A DNA stretch of 64,000 nucleotides from Chloroflexota bacterium. Its GTDB lineage: Bacteria > Chloroflexota > UBA11872 > VXOZ01. Under the pieces are notes generated by a model. It searched no databases and was not told where the DNA came from. It saw only the letters and a program-made list of their open reading frames with translations. The stretch covers positions 3,104,001 to 3,168,000 of the forward strand of contig OZ244922.1 of NCBI GenBank assembly GCA_965221905.1, written 5' to 3'. Positions 40,435 to 51,013 of the stretch are shown here, one piece after another. The number at the start of each line of letters is the position of its first letter. Positions within the stretch are counted from its first letter, which is position 1. Made by a program: the position numbers and the translations under genes.

Positions 40435-43074
40435 TCAAGAAGGCTGCGGCGTAGGCGACGGTGTAGGTTCTGGAGTTGGCGTCGGTGCAGGCGTAGGTGT
40501 AGGCGTAGGTGTCGGTGAGGGTGTAGGCGTAGGTGTCGGTGAGGGTGTAGGCGTCGGTGTTGGTGTGGGTGTAGGCGTCGGTGTTGGCGTAGGCGTAGGT
40601 GTAGGTGTAGGTGTAGGTGTAGGTGTAGGTGTAGGTGTAGGCGTAGGTGTTGGCGTCGGTGTTGGCGTCGGTGTTGGCGTCGGTGTTGGCGTGGGCGCTA
40701 GTGTCGGTGTTGGCGTCGGTGTCGGCGGGCCATTAGGACAAGAAATCGAGAGGGTGGCAGTCCCACTCCAGTCAGACCATGCCTCACGATATTTTACGCC
40801 ATCACCGTATGCCCGTATACTCCCACCGAAACTATAGCCCTTGCCGAGATCGCCCGGGTAGCAATAATCCAAGGTACTACTCGGTCTTTGATCTCCTGCC
40901 CACGTTATTGTGTGACCTCCGACGGATCTCCATTCTGCCTTCGCGACTCCATCCGCCCACGAAATACTGGATGTGACCGTATATATTGGCAAGTCCGTCC
41001 ACGCGATATAATTCGCTTCGTTTAGTTCAGAGGTAACGGAATACGACGGGACCGGAGGCAGCGGCAGGGCTGCCTGAGTCGGATTTGGCGTGGGTGTCGG
41101 TGATGGCGTTGGGACCACAGTAGGCATGGGTGTTGGCGTTGGTATCGAATTCGGAGGACCCGGACACGTCAGACTGAGCGAGCGTGAGATACCCCATCTC
41201 GACCATGCCGCCCGGAACGTCACGCCATCGCCAAACACCCGCAGTCTTACGCCTACAAGCGCGGTTTTGCCGGCTTCGACAGGCCAACACACCATGATGC
41301 TCGTGGGCAGCGCTTGTCCCGCAGTGTACGTGGCACTGCCGACAATGCCATCGGTCTCTATCGAGGTGATACCGTTCGGCAACCAATAACTCCAACTGAG
41401 CACTACTACAGGCTGGATCGACCACGCATCATAGTTTTCTTGGTGAATTGAATCGCTAAGCCCAAGCACAATCGGCTCCGGCGGAGGAGACAATGGTCCT
41501 GTCGTTGGCGGTGGCGTGGGTGTCGGTGTCGGTGTTATCGTCGGCGTTGGTGACGAGGTCGGCCGATTTGGACAATTCACGGTGATGCTGGCGGGGCTAC
41601 TCCACTCCCCCCATGCCGCTCGGTACTTCACACCATCGCCATACGCCCGGAAGCTCACAGAGTAACTCTTGGTCTTGCCCGCATCCTCGATCATGCACGC
41701 CCAGACGTGCTTTATTTGGGATTGCCACTGTGAATACGGGCCCCCTTGTACATAGATGCCTTCTCTTTCAACCAAGATGACGCCCTCCGGCCACGCAAAG
41801 TCCCACGTAACCACGAGTACAGGACCTTCGGACGACCAATTATAGTAATGCAACTCGACAATGTAATGGTCAAAGGACACCGATAATTGTGGTGGCACCG
41901 GCAAGGCTTCTTGACCCGGAACCAGCGTAGGCGTGGGCGTTGGCCCCGGTACGTGAGGAAGCCCCGGCCACGGGCAAGCCATACGAAGGTTTAGTTCACG
42001 CCTTTCCCCTTGGCCCAATCGGTACGTTACGCCGTCGCCAATGGAGTTTATTCTCACCCAAAAGGTCTGATGCTGACCTGCCTCAGATGCGGTGCAAACG
42101 TAGGCGTGATAGTACTGAGTATTGCCGTCGACTGCGAACAGCGTAAAGCCCGGGCCGCCCGCCCATGTCCAGTCGAAGCCGATGTTGGGCGCCCTTGCAA
42201 TCGCTACCACGACTTCCACCAGCTTGCCCTCCGAGTTTGCGGCGCGGGTGGTGATGCCCGCAGTGTGGGCGGGCGCCAGCGGCAGCGTGGGGTCGACAGT
42301 GCATGTAACTGTGTGTTTCACGGTATGCTCAGGCGACCATGCGGCTTGATAGCGTACACCGTCACCAAAGACCGAGAATGTGACGTCATGCTCCAGCACT
42401 TTGCCGGCCTGGTCGGCACTGCAAACGGTGACGATGATGCCATGAGAAAGGGCGTTGGCACTGTCTCGCGTGACCGGACCCTCGCCGAAGCCGAAGTCGC
42501 TCGTAACTTTGAATGATGAAATACCGTCCAGCCAGGAATAGCTAGCCGTAACACTGATGAGATCCGTGGACGGCGGGAAGACATTAGGCGCATTGGTCAC
42601 TGTCGCGTGGGTGGGGGCCGGCGGCAGCGGCAACGTTCCGTCCGTCGGTGCCGTTGCAGGAGGGGGCAAAGTTATCGGGCCAGGCGTGGTGGGCGCCGTC
42701 GCGCCGGTTTGTGTGGCTATGCCGCCGCCGGGCGCGTAATCCGGCTCCCACGGATACCGCTCGGCGTTCAGGCGCTTCTGCAATCCAATGGGGCCGTTGA
42801 CCCAGGTGTGGTGGCCGTCGGTGAAGGCGGTGTGGTTGTCGGCTTTGCGCCAGACCAGGAGACCGCCGGTCGTCTTCTGCGTGCTGTCTCCATTGTCGCT
42901 GTAGTGCTCGTTCTCCAAGCACTCACCCACAATCTCATGGCCGATGATATCGCGTAGGGCCTTGAAACCGAGGACAAACTCACAGTCGACAGCCATTACC
43001 GACGCCAGCGTCAGTGTCAAGACAAACAGCCCAAGCAACAGCCCTGCAGAGGCCCGCCGCAAGCGTATTGGCAC
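40435..43074 (-). CDS. Large secreted surface protein: shared N-terminal domain, 5 FN3-like repeats and a Pro-Thr tail
   Basis: Signal peptide, the VDCEFVLGF...WRKADN domain, repeats LPxPP...C..EAG...GDGVxY...W..W...CP and a (PT)n C-terminus. Confidence 0.85.
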   Translation of the reverse strand: MPIRLRRASAGLLLGLFVLTLTLASVMAVDCEFVLGFKALRDIIGHEIVGECLENEHYSDNGDSTQKTTGGLLVWRKADNHTAFTDGHHTWVNGPIGLQKRLNAERYPWEPDYAPGGGIATQTGATAPTTPGPITLPPPATAPTDGTLPLPPAPTHATVTNAPNVFPPSTDLISVTASYSWLDGISSFKVTSDFGFGEGPVTRDSANALSHGIIVTVCSADQAGKVLEHDVTFSVFGDGVRYQAAWSPEHTVKHTVTCTVDPTLPLAPAHTAGITTRAANSEGKLVEVVVAIARAPNIGFDWTWAGGPGFTLFAVDGNTQYYHAYVCTASEAGQHQTFWVRINSIGDGVTYRLGQGERRELNLRMACPWPGLPHVPGPTPTPTLVPGQEALPVPPQLSVSFDHYIVELHYYNWSSEGPVLVVTWDFAWPEGVILVEREGIYVQGGPYSQWQSQIKHVWACMIEDAGKTKSYSVSFRAYGDGVKYRAAWGEWSSPASITVNCPNRPTSSPTPTITPTPTPTPPPTTGPLSPPPEPIVLGLSDSIHQENYDAWSIQPVVVLSWSYWLPNGITSIETDGIVGSATYTAGQALPTSIMVCWPVEAGKTALVGVRLRVFGDGVTFRAAWSRWGISRSLSLTCPGPPNSIPTPTPMPTVVPTPSPTPTPNPTQAALPLPPVPSYSVTSELNEANYIAWTDLPIYTVTSSISWADGVAKAEWRSVGGHTITWAGDQRPSSTLDYCYPGDLGKGYSFGGSIRAYGDGVKYREAWSDWSGTATLSISCPNGPPTPTPTPTLAPTPTPTPTPTPTPTPTPTPTPTPTPTPTPTPTPTPTPTPTPTPTPTPTPTPSPTPTPTPSPTPTPTPTPAPTPTPEPTPSPTPQPS
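40445..40725. repeat. Hexanucleotide tandem array encoding (Pro-Thr)n
   Basis: GGTGTA, GGCGTA, GGTGTT and GGCGTC units, with a perfect GGTGTA run at about 40597-40640. Confidence 0.9.
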
Positions 43075-43163
43075 CTAGTTACCTACTTCCCTTTGATCAG
43101 TCCGCCCGCGCGAGAAGGCAAAATGTGCTTTAGGCTCCCTGAGACTCCTGTGTGGCACCACTC

Positions 43164-43208
43164 TACCACACTACTGAGTACCAAAGCACTGGGTACCACA
43201 GTACTGAA
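43164..43208. promoter_or_regulatory. Three 15-bp direct repeats (TACCA-N4-ACTG) upstream of the surface-protein gene
   Basis: Units TACCACACTACTGAG, TACCAAAGCACTGGG and TACCACAGTACTGAA. Confidence 0.55.
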
Positions 43209-43433
43209 GCAATACAAATTCCAATTGCGTCTCGGTCGCACTATGGTGGAATTAACACCTGCCACCCCGCACTTGGACGGCTACCACGAGGCGAGTTCGG
43301 CATAAATGTGCGGAGGCACGTGCACCACTTCATCGGTGCGGGATGACTCTTCTCAAGCCAGGGCTACGGCCACAATGTAACGTCCCCAGCGGCCGTCTAC
43401 CACCGTCGGCACCCGTGGGCGCTACTTCCCGCG

Positions 43434-46400
43434 CTATGCCGCAGGTTCCACAGTTGGGATAGGTGTTGGGGTTGGTGTAGGTGTTGGGGTTGGTGTAGGT
43501 GTGGGTGTTGGCGTAGGTGTTGGTGTGGGTGTTGGTGTAGAGGTGGGTGTAGGGGTGGGTGTTGGCGTAGGTGTGGGTGTTGGCGTGGATCTGACAGGAC
43601 ACGTTAATGAGTAATTCCTACTGGATGTTGAACTCCACTCTGCGCGATATTCTATACCATCGCCAAATGCTCTAAGGGTAATTGTAAAGTTACGGGTTTG
43701 GCCGTCTTGCGCGGGAGAGCACACGGCCACGTCGTAGCTTACGTCGGTTATGGTCGAGGTCGAGGTTGTTCGTGCCTTATCACCGGAAATGAGGTTGCCG
43801 CCAAACTGTAACGTTTGAATTCCAAGGCCAAAAGTAGTACTTATACTTACCGTGATGCTGTTATCATCATTAGGCTCATTTCTTGAGGAGTGCGATACTC
43901 TCGCGGAATGCGAAGGAGGGCTTTCCAAGTCCAAATTAGGAGTGGGCGTAGGGGTAGGCATAGGTGTGGGTGTAGGAGTAGGAGTAGGTGTAGGAGTAGG
44001 CGTAGGGGTAGGCGCAGGTGCTGGTGTAGGAGTGGGTGTGGGAGTTGGAGTCGGGCCGCTCGGACACACCACTGACCTGTAGAGAGATGAAGTCCAATTA
44101 CCAAACTCGGGCCGGTACGTCACGCCATCGCCAGCCGCGCTCGCCATCAAACGGTATTTCTTAGTTTTACCGGCTTCGCTGGGCCGACACACGACAAGGC
44201 TATCGGTAAACGGCCCTCCTGCTGTCGACTCGGACCAGTTTATGCCCGACGCGTCGTCATCCTTGAAGAGATACCTAATCTTGGTTGCTGATTCTGGCCA
44301 CCCAATACTCGCTTCAACCAACATCACACCAAGGTTTGACCACTCTTGATAGTTCTTCTCAATTATCCGAGCATTGATGGCCACCGACGGCACAGGCGCG
44401 AAGGGCAAAGGGTTCGGTGTTGGTATCGGTGTAGGCGTTGTCCCTGGAACCAAGGTGGGTACAGGTGTGGGTGTTCTATTCGGGCTGCCAGTTGGACACA
44501 CCCAATTCAATCCGGCAGTTGCACTCCAGGGCCCGTAGTCTGTCCGGTATGTCACGCCATCGCCAGCCGCGCGAGCAGTCCAGTTGATATGGCTTGACCG
44601 TGCCGGCTTCGCTCGGCAGGCACCTTGGTACGCTATTGGTAATCGTGCTACCCTGCGTCGAGATAAATTTCCCGCCGCCCCCTTCAAAGAGATACTCTAT
44701 GCTCGACACTGAATCCGGCCACCTAACAGTCGCCGTGACCACTCCGTCAAGAACGTTAATATCCACTGACGGCGCAGGTGCGAAGGGCAGGTTGCTCGGT
44801 GGCACAGCCGTGCTGGTCGGCGAGGGTGTTGGGGTAGGCGTTACACCCGGCACAGCCGTTGGCGTGGGGGTCGGTGTGGGCGTGGGTGTAGGCTGGTTCG
44901 GCGAACTCGGACAGGTCAACGTGAGGCTGGCAGGGGTACTCCAATCCGACCATTCCGCCCGGTAGGTAGCGCTGTTGCCAAACGTCCGCACGCTCACAGA
45001 ATATCTCCACGTGGCGCCGGCTTCATAGGGCCAGCACACTTCGGTGCGCTTAGACGGTGTTTGCCCCGCCGTCCACACGGTGCCTTCGGCAATGCCATTG
45101 GTCTCCAGCTTGGCAACGCCGTCCGGCCACGCATAGTCCCACGTGATCACCATGACTTGGCGGTTCGACCATGCATTGTAGGCCGCTTCGTTAAGTTCTG
45201 AGCTAATGGATACCGAGGGTACCGGCGGCAGCGGCAAGGTTGTTTGATCGGGAACCGGCGTAGGGGTGGGGGCCGGTGTAGCCGTCGGCGTTGCTGCCAC
45301 GGTCGGCGAGTCCGGACACGTCACAGTGACGCTGACATTCGTACTCCAGCCGGACCATGCGGCTCGGTAGGTGACACCATCACCAAGTGTCCGCAAGCTC
45401 ACGGAATATCTTCTGGTGAGACCGGCTTCATTTGGCCAGCACACTTCGGTGCTCTTGTCCGGCGTTTGTCCCGCTGACCATGTGGTGAGCCCGGCAATGC
45501 CTGTGGTCTCTATCTTGGCCACTCCGTCCGGCCACGCATAGTCCCACGTGATTTTAATGACTTGTCGGTCATCCGACCACAGATTATAGGCTTCTTCAAT
45601 TAGCCCATAGCCCATGGATACTGACGGGACCGGAGGTAGCTCCAAGCCCCCATGGATGGGAAGCGGCGCAGGCAGAGTCACAGGCACCGTTTCCGGCGTG
45701 GTGGATGTCGGTGACGGCGATGGTGCGGGCCCCGGCAACGCTGCTCCTGGCGTCGGACACGGCACGGAAAGGGTGAGTTCACGTGTTAGGGCGTCGGCCA
45801 AGGTTTCCCGATACACGTCACCATAGCCGTTTGTGCCTATGCTCACCCAAAGATCTTTCGTCAGTCCTGCCTCTGCCGCCATACACACGTAGGTGTGGTA
45901 GTAGCGGATGTTGCCAATGGTGTGGAACGGCGTGTAGAGCGAGCTGCCACGGTATGACCAACTGAGGAAGAAGTCGGGCGATGTCTCCACCGCAATCACG
46001 ACCTCCACCAAATTGCCCTGCCAGTTGGCGGCGCGGCTGCTGATGCTCGCATTGGGGGCGGGGGCCTGCGGCAACGAGGGGTCAGGAGTTGGGGTGGGCT
46101 CGGGCTTCGGTGTCTCTTTCGGGCACGTGACCGTATGTTTGAAGGTATGAGAAGGGGACCAGTCTGCCTGATAGCTTACGCCATCGCCAAGCGCCGCAAC
46201 TGCCACGTCATATTGAAACTCTTGGCCGGCTTTGTCGGAGGTGCATACATAGGCATTGACTCTGGTGGAAAAAGCCTGTGGGCCTCTTCTTGTTACGGAA
46301 TTGAAGTTGAAAGAAAGGTCTCCACTAAGCTTGACAGTCGATATGCCATCGAGCCAGACCCACTCGGCTTGAACTTTGATGTTTCCCGATGGATTCGGGT

Positions 46401-46827
46401 CGACATGGTTGGTGAGTAGTACGTATGAAGGAGCGGGAGGCAGCGGCAAGACTGCCGAGGTCTCTGTTTGCGTGGTGGTATTGGTGAATGTCCCGTAATC
46501 GGATTCCCAGGAAAAGCGCTCGGTGTTTAGGCGCCTCTGCAATCCGTTCGGGCCATTGATCCACGTTTCGTGGCCGTTGGTGAAGGCAGTGTGGTTGTCG
46601 GCCTTGCGCCAAACCAGGAGACCCCCGGTCGTCTTTTGGGTACCGTCTCCATTGGCGCTGAAGTGCTCGTTCTCCAAGCACTCGCCCACAATCTCATGGC
46701 CGACAAGGTCGCGCAGGGCCTTAAATCCGAGGATGAACTCGCAGTCGGCAGCCATTGCCGACCCCAGGACGAGTGTCGAGACGATCAGTCCGAGTAGCAA
46801 ACCCAATACAGTGCGTCGGAAGCGCAT
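43434..46827 (-). pseudogene. Paralogous large secreted surface protein (shared N-terminal domain, 7 FN3-like repeats, PT linkers) with a +1 frameshift near 44580
   Basis: ORFs 44476-46848 and 43434-44687 join if one C at 44580/44581 is removed. This gives KPYQL-TARAAGDGVTY, matching the sister repeat KKYRLMASAAGDGVTY. Confidence 0.85.
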
Positions 46828-47021
46828 CGGCGTTGACCCCACCCACACGTCCTAATCACTACGCGCCCGCCACAGAGTGCATGCGTAGTACTGTAGTTCT
46901 TTCGATAGGTACCATTTAGCAGATACCAAGCTACCATACTATCAATTGAACTGCAATTCGGCGCCTTGAGTGGATTGGTAATGTGCATCCAGAAAGCCAT
47001 ACGTAGTCAAGCCTTGAGACA

Positions 47022-48041
47022 CTACCAAGACGTGAGATCGGCGTAGAGGGCAGGCGGTATGTGCACAACCTCACCGGTCTGTGAGGATTCCTCACAGGCC
47101 AGGGCTACAGCCACAATGTAGCGTCCCCAGTATCCGTCGACTGGTGCTTTTGAACCGGTTTCGATTGCGTGCACGAGGCCGGCCAACTCCAGGGTAAACG
47201 AATCTGTGCCGGACACCGGCTGTTCCACGTACCGCGTGCCTTGGCTGAGCCAGAGACGGTCGTCGCGGGTTGCGACACGCACACTCGCCTGGCTGCCAAT
47301 AATCTCGACCTCATTTCGCTCCGGCCCTTCTTGAGGGTAGCCGGTGTGGTGGAGCGTAGCGTGGGCGCCGTTGGCAAAGTCCAGCCACGCGAGGCCGGTG
47401 TCGTCGGTATTTTGGCCCACCATGGGATTGCTCACCCAGGCCCGCACGGCCGTGATTGGGCTGCCGATGAGCCACGTGAGGCGATCGAGCATGTGGACGC
47501 CGTTCATATACCACATGCCGCCGCCTTCAGCACGGTTGAGAAACCAGGGCGGGCGGTTGGCCAGATCGAATGTGCGGTACCAGGTATCGGTGGCAAAGAC
47601 GACCGTGCCCAACTCTCCGTCTTCGATTAGTTGCCTAGCTGCCAGACCGGCCGGCACAAAATGCTCCGTATGCGCCACGAGCAGCTTGACACCCGCTTCT
47701 TCTGCCGCGGCAATGATGGCATCGCAATCGGCAACCGTCATCGCCATGGGTTTTTCCAAGAAGATGTGCTTTCGGGCAGCGCAGGCCGCAAGCGTGATCT
47801 CTGTGTGCAAGAAATGGGGTAGTCCGATCATGACGACATCTACCCGGGGATCCGTGAGTAGATCGTTGTGGCCGGCATAGCCGGTGCACGGGTGCTTGCG
47901 CGTGAACTCCTCGCGGCGCTGCGCATCCGGCTCCGCGACTGCGACCAACTGCGTCTCCGCCACTGCCGCAATTGCCGCGGCATGACCGCCGCTCACACGG
48001 CTTGCGCCAATGATGCCCACTCCGTACGTCATGGGTGTCAC
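47022..48041 (-). CDS. Gfo/Idh/MocA family oxidoreductase
   Basis: Motifs VGIIGA, LPHFLH, KHIFLEKPMA and GGGMWYMNGVHMLD. Confidence 0.94.
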   Translation of the reverse strand: MTPMTYGVGIIGASRVSGGHAAAIAAVAETQLVAVAEPDAQRREEFTRKHPCTGYAGHNDLLTDPRVDVVMIGLPHFLHTEITLAACAARKHIFLEKPMAMTVADCDAIIAAAEEAGVKLLVAHTEHFVPAGLAARQLIEDGELGTVVFATDTWYRTFDLANRPPWFLNRAEGGGMWYMNGVHMLDRLTWLIGSPITAVRAWVSNPMVGQNTDDTGLAWLDFANGAHATLHHTGYPQEGPERNEVEIIGSQASVRVATRDDRLWLSQGTRYVEQPVSGTDSFTLELAGLVHAIETGSKAPVDGYWGRYIVAVALACEESSQTGEVVHIPPALYADLTSW

Positions 48042-48137
48042 TCCTGATTATCGGTCGACATAGTGTGCAATTGTCCTACCGTCCAATGCATTCTGCTCAG
48101 ACTGCCTTAGAGGATCCTTGCAGAGTCTAGAAAAAAA

Positions 48138-48225
48138 CGTTCGTGCTGAGCTTGTCGAAGCGCGAGCGGGGCGGTCGCCAAACGCGCTAGTTCCGTTCAC
48201 CCTTCGACAGGCTCAGGGCGAACGG
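48138..48225. repeat. Inverted pair of family C REPs (BIME/REPIN-like)
   Basis: CGTTCGTGCTGAGCTTGTCGAAGC (from 48138) and CCTTCGACAGGCTCAGGGCGAACGG (ending 48225). Confidence 0.82.
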
Positions 48226-48368
48226 CTGGTGTGCATCAACCTGTCCATGCCGCCTACACACCGCTGTTCAAGGTGGGTTTCTTCAACCATGAACTGTCCT
48301 TCGTCGGGCCCAGGATCCGTAATTAATTTGGCCGCTGGCCCCAGCGTGAACCACATCTCAGAATAACA

Positions 48369-48406
48369 AAAGAGGTCGGTTCCCGTGCTCAGGAACCGAC
48401 CTCTTT
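48369..48406 (-). terminator. Intrinsic terminator downstream of the TusA-family gene
   Basis: AAAGAGGTCGGTTCC-loop-GGAACCGACCTCTTT. Confidence 0.85.
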
Positions 48407-48427
48407 ACAATCTCACTAATTTCGAGC

Positions 48428-48715
48428 CTACTCCGACACGTTTAGCGCTGCGAGTTGCTCCTGCAAGTTGGCAATGAGCTCTTGCGGTTTGGCGGCCTTG
48501 TCGGATTTTCGTAGCGTCAGCCGCCACTCCGAATCAGCCGCGCCCTCGATGCTCGTCTCATAACCGTTCTTTGCCGCTTCCCATGGAATAGTGCCCAGCG
48601 CGGGCGCGTGATCGGTCAGTACTTCCAGAGTCTCGTCTCCCTCGAGATTCTTCAAGGCCTCTGAAGTTTTCATCATGGGGTAGGGGCAGATTTCACCGCG
48701 CACGTCGATTTTCAT
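48428..48715 (-). CDS. TusA/YeeD-family sulfurtransferase
   Basis: Motifs IDVRGEICPYP and LEVLTDH, with an AAAGGAG RBS. Confidence 0.92.
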   Translation of the reverse strand: MKIDVRGEICPYPMMKTSEALKNLEGDETLEVLTDHAPALGTIPWEAAKNGYETSIEGAADSEWRLTLRKSDKAAKPQELIANLQEQLAALNVSE

Positions 48716-48945
48716 GGTCTACCGCTCCTTTCAGTGCTCCCAGTCTTACGATGCAGTCAAATCTCATTCAATCATCATCCATTTGGTATCGTAGCACACT
48801 GGCATGACGACTCAGCAGATTCCGCAGTTCATTTAGCATCCAACTGTCGGCCGCTCAAACTAGCTTCGCCGCACGGCACTCTCATTAGGAGGCCGATGCG
48901 TAACTCGAATTCGCGAGCGGGATTGGACCTTCTTGACGAGGATTC

Positions 48946-49196
48946 GCCCTCACCCCCGTTTCAATTACGGGCCAGGCTCTAGCCCTCTCCCTCGATGAGA
49001 CCTTTGCATAACTCCTTCCCCCTTGATGGGGGTGACGAACTAGCTCACGGCCAGCAATTCCAATCCACCCATGCCCCTCTGGATTCCGGCCCCGTATCGA
49101 GTACGGGGCAAGCTTTTCGCCGGAATGACGGAGTCGTTCAAAGGCTTACTCAATGGAGAGGGGTTTCTGCACCTCTGCCCACGCTATGCAAAGGTC
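48946..49196. mobile_element. Composite nested REP/MITE cluster (inverted relative of the 5240-5530 cluster)
   Basis: TIR GAGACCTTTGCATAAC (48997-49012) and GCTATGCAAAGGTC (49183-49196). Also a split family B palindrome and a family A REP with a 24-bp insert at 49091-49114. Confidence 0.75.
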
Positions 49197-49200
49197 ACCG

Positions 49201-50457
49201 TTAGGGAATTCGTTTGATCGCCTGCACGCCAAGGTATGCGCCCGGCAGCAGTGATAGCCCAAATATCCAGCCGTTGAGCCCCAGCGAAGGGATGGCGGAA
49301 AAGAATGCGCCAATCGTGCAGCCCACCGCGATACCGGCGCCGTAGCCCATGAAGATTCCCCCGACAGCCGACTGTACGTAGCGTCGTTTCACCGGCGGCA
49401 CCCGCACCTTGAACTCATTGGCGAGCACGGCAGCGACAAGCGCCCCAATAATCAAGCCGGCGTCGACAATCAGGCCCTCGCTCGTCCACCATGAACCGAC
49501 ACCTGCCGTCAGATTGCACCCGGCCAGACCGTCTACACCGAGCAGCGCGGGGGCCTGGATGCGGAACAGACCGCTGGCGATGCGGTCCGACCATGCCGAC
49601 AGCTCGCCGGTGACGCCGAGCGGACGATCGTAGATGTAGAAGAATACGTTGACTACCGCCAGGGCGATTGCGCCGACGGCAAGGGGCCAGCCTTTACCGA
49701 ACACCAAGCCATATACCTGGCGCAACTTCTCGCCCAATTCCATAGCGGGCATCTCACTCTGCTTGCCCAGCGGAAAGCTCGGCATGGGGCCCGAACGGTA
49801 CTCCCACCAGTAGCTCAGGAGCACGATCCCCGCCAGGGCCAGCAGCGTGAGCGCCACAGCGCCGCCGTAGCCAAGCCATCTGGGCAGGAAGACCGTCGGC
49901 ATGTCGCTAATGTGGTTAGTCCACCACCAATTCCAGGTGCGGGCTGAGAGGTACAAGCCAAGCAGGATGCCTGCCATAGTCGCCCACGACGCCACGTACC
50001 CCTCGCCGATGCGGTACATCGTGCCCGACACACAGCCCCCGGCGATCACCATGCCAAAGCCAAAGGCTATACCGCCCACAACCAGGTGCAGACCGATAGG
50101 GATCACGTGCACTGCCGCGGGCAAGGCGCCGCTTGCGGGGTTCGGCACCATCATCTGCATCACAAGCCAGAAGCCGACGGTGGCAATCCCGATGCCCACG
50201 GCAAGGGCGCGCATCGTGCCGGCGTCATGCATTAGAAATATGTCCCGAAAACCGGAGGCGAAGCAGAGGCGGCTGCGCTGCAAAATCACGCCGAACGCCA
50301 AACCAAAGAGCCACATCACGGCGAGCGTCGCGTTGACCGCTGCCAGAAATGCCAAGAATAGGACTACTGCCGCTACGACAACCACGCGCACAACCACACG
50401 CGCCGTAACATGCTGCCTTAGACCGGTTGCCTCGCGTGCTTCAACATTCGAACTCAT
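49201..50457 (-). CDS. YeeE/YedE (TsuA-like) sulfur-compound/thiosulfate transporter
   Basis: Motifs LQRSRLCFASGFRD, GMVIAGGCVSGTMYRIGEG and GGIFMGYGA.IA.GCTIG, including the three conserved Cys. Confidence 0.92.
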   Translation of the reverse strand: MSSNVEAREATGLRQHVTARVVVRVVVVAAVVLFLAFLAAVNATLAVMWLFGLAFGVILQRSRLCFASGFRDIFLMHDAGTMRALAVGIGIATVGFWLVMQMMVPNPASGALPAAVHVIPIGLHLVVGGIAFGFGMVIAGGCVSGTMYRIGEGYVASWATMAGILLGLYLSARTWNWWWTNHISDMPTVFLPRWLGYGGAVALTLLALAGIVLLSYWWEYRSGPMPSFPLGKQSEMPAMELGEKLRQVYGLVFGKGWPLAVGAIALAVVNVFFYIYDRPLGVTGELSAWSDRIASGLFRIQAPALLGVDGLAGCNLTAGVGSWWTSEGLIVDAGLIIGALVAAVLANEFKVRVPPVKRRYVQSAVGGIFMGYGAGIAVGCTIGAFFSAIPSLGLNGWIFGLSLLPGAYLGVQAIKRIP

Positions 50458-50539
50458 GATTGCTCCAAGAAACAGACCGATGCATCAAGAAAACGGTCCA
50501 AAACAAAACTGTGCACAGCCCTTCATTCTCAACACTCAG

Positions 50540-50611
50540 CCCGTAATTCCGGACACAGGGTCCGTCATTCCGGACACTGAGCTCGTCTTTCCCGCGCAAG
50601 CGGGAATCCAT
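50540..50611. repeat. Family A REP cluster (two partial and one near-full copy)
   Basis: CCGTAATTCCGGACAC, CCGTCATTCCGGACAC and GTCTTTCCCGCGCAAGCGGGAATCCA. Confidence 0.75.
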
Positions 50612-50702
50612 CTTCTCCAGAGCGCGGGCACTCGGCCTTAAGCTAGATTCAAGCCGCCATACACACCTGGAGTCCTGCATTCAGACTCCGATCCTCACTG
50701 GT

Positions 50703-50735
50703 ATTATGACTTAGTTGCTCCAAATTATCAAGTAT
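50703..50735 (-). promoter_or_regulatory. yeeE promoter overlapped by an Rrf2/IscR-type operator-like sequence
   Basis: Minus-strand TTGATA-17 bp-CATAAT, with the 25-bp ATACTTGATAATTTGGAGCAACTAA covering the -35. Confidence 0.55.
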
Positions 50736-51013
50736 CCTTGCCCCGGCGCTTGAAGTGTCAAGCTCGGTCTGAATGCATCGACAGGCTCGGCACAGACAGT
50801 CTTGCTTCTTCGTCATCACTTGGGAGGGGGATCGCGCATACAATGCAACCATGGGCTCCCTCTGCGGCGGCGGTTGACACCGCAAGTTTGCACCAGCTAG
50901 CGTGGTTACGTTCGCTGTGCGCAAAAACTTGCGTATCGACAAAGAGAGAGAAAGCTGCCGTTCAAGCAGAGCACGGCCAAACTATGCATAGGGAATCCAT
51001 GCAGGGAGCAGTA

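Noticed and set aside
40376-40837. (Gly-Val)n ORF, and similar ORFs at 43852-44082 and 41090-41389
   Set aside because: These are antisense shadows of the (Pro-Thr)n coding repeats.
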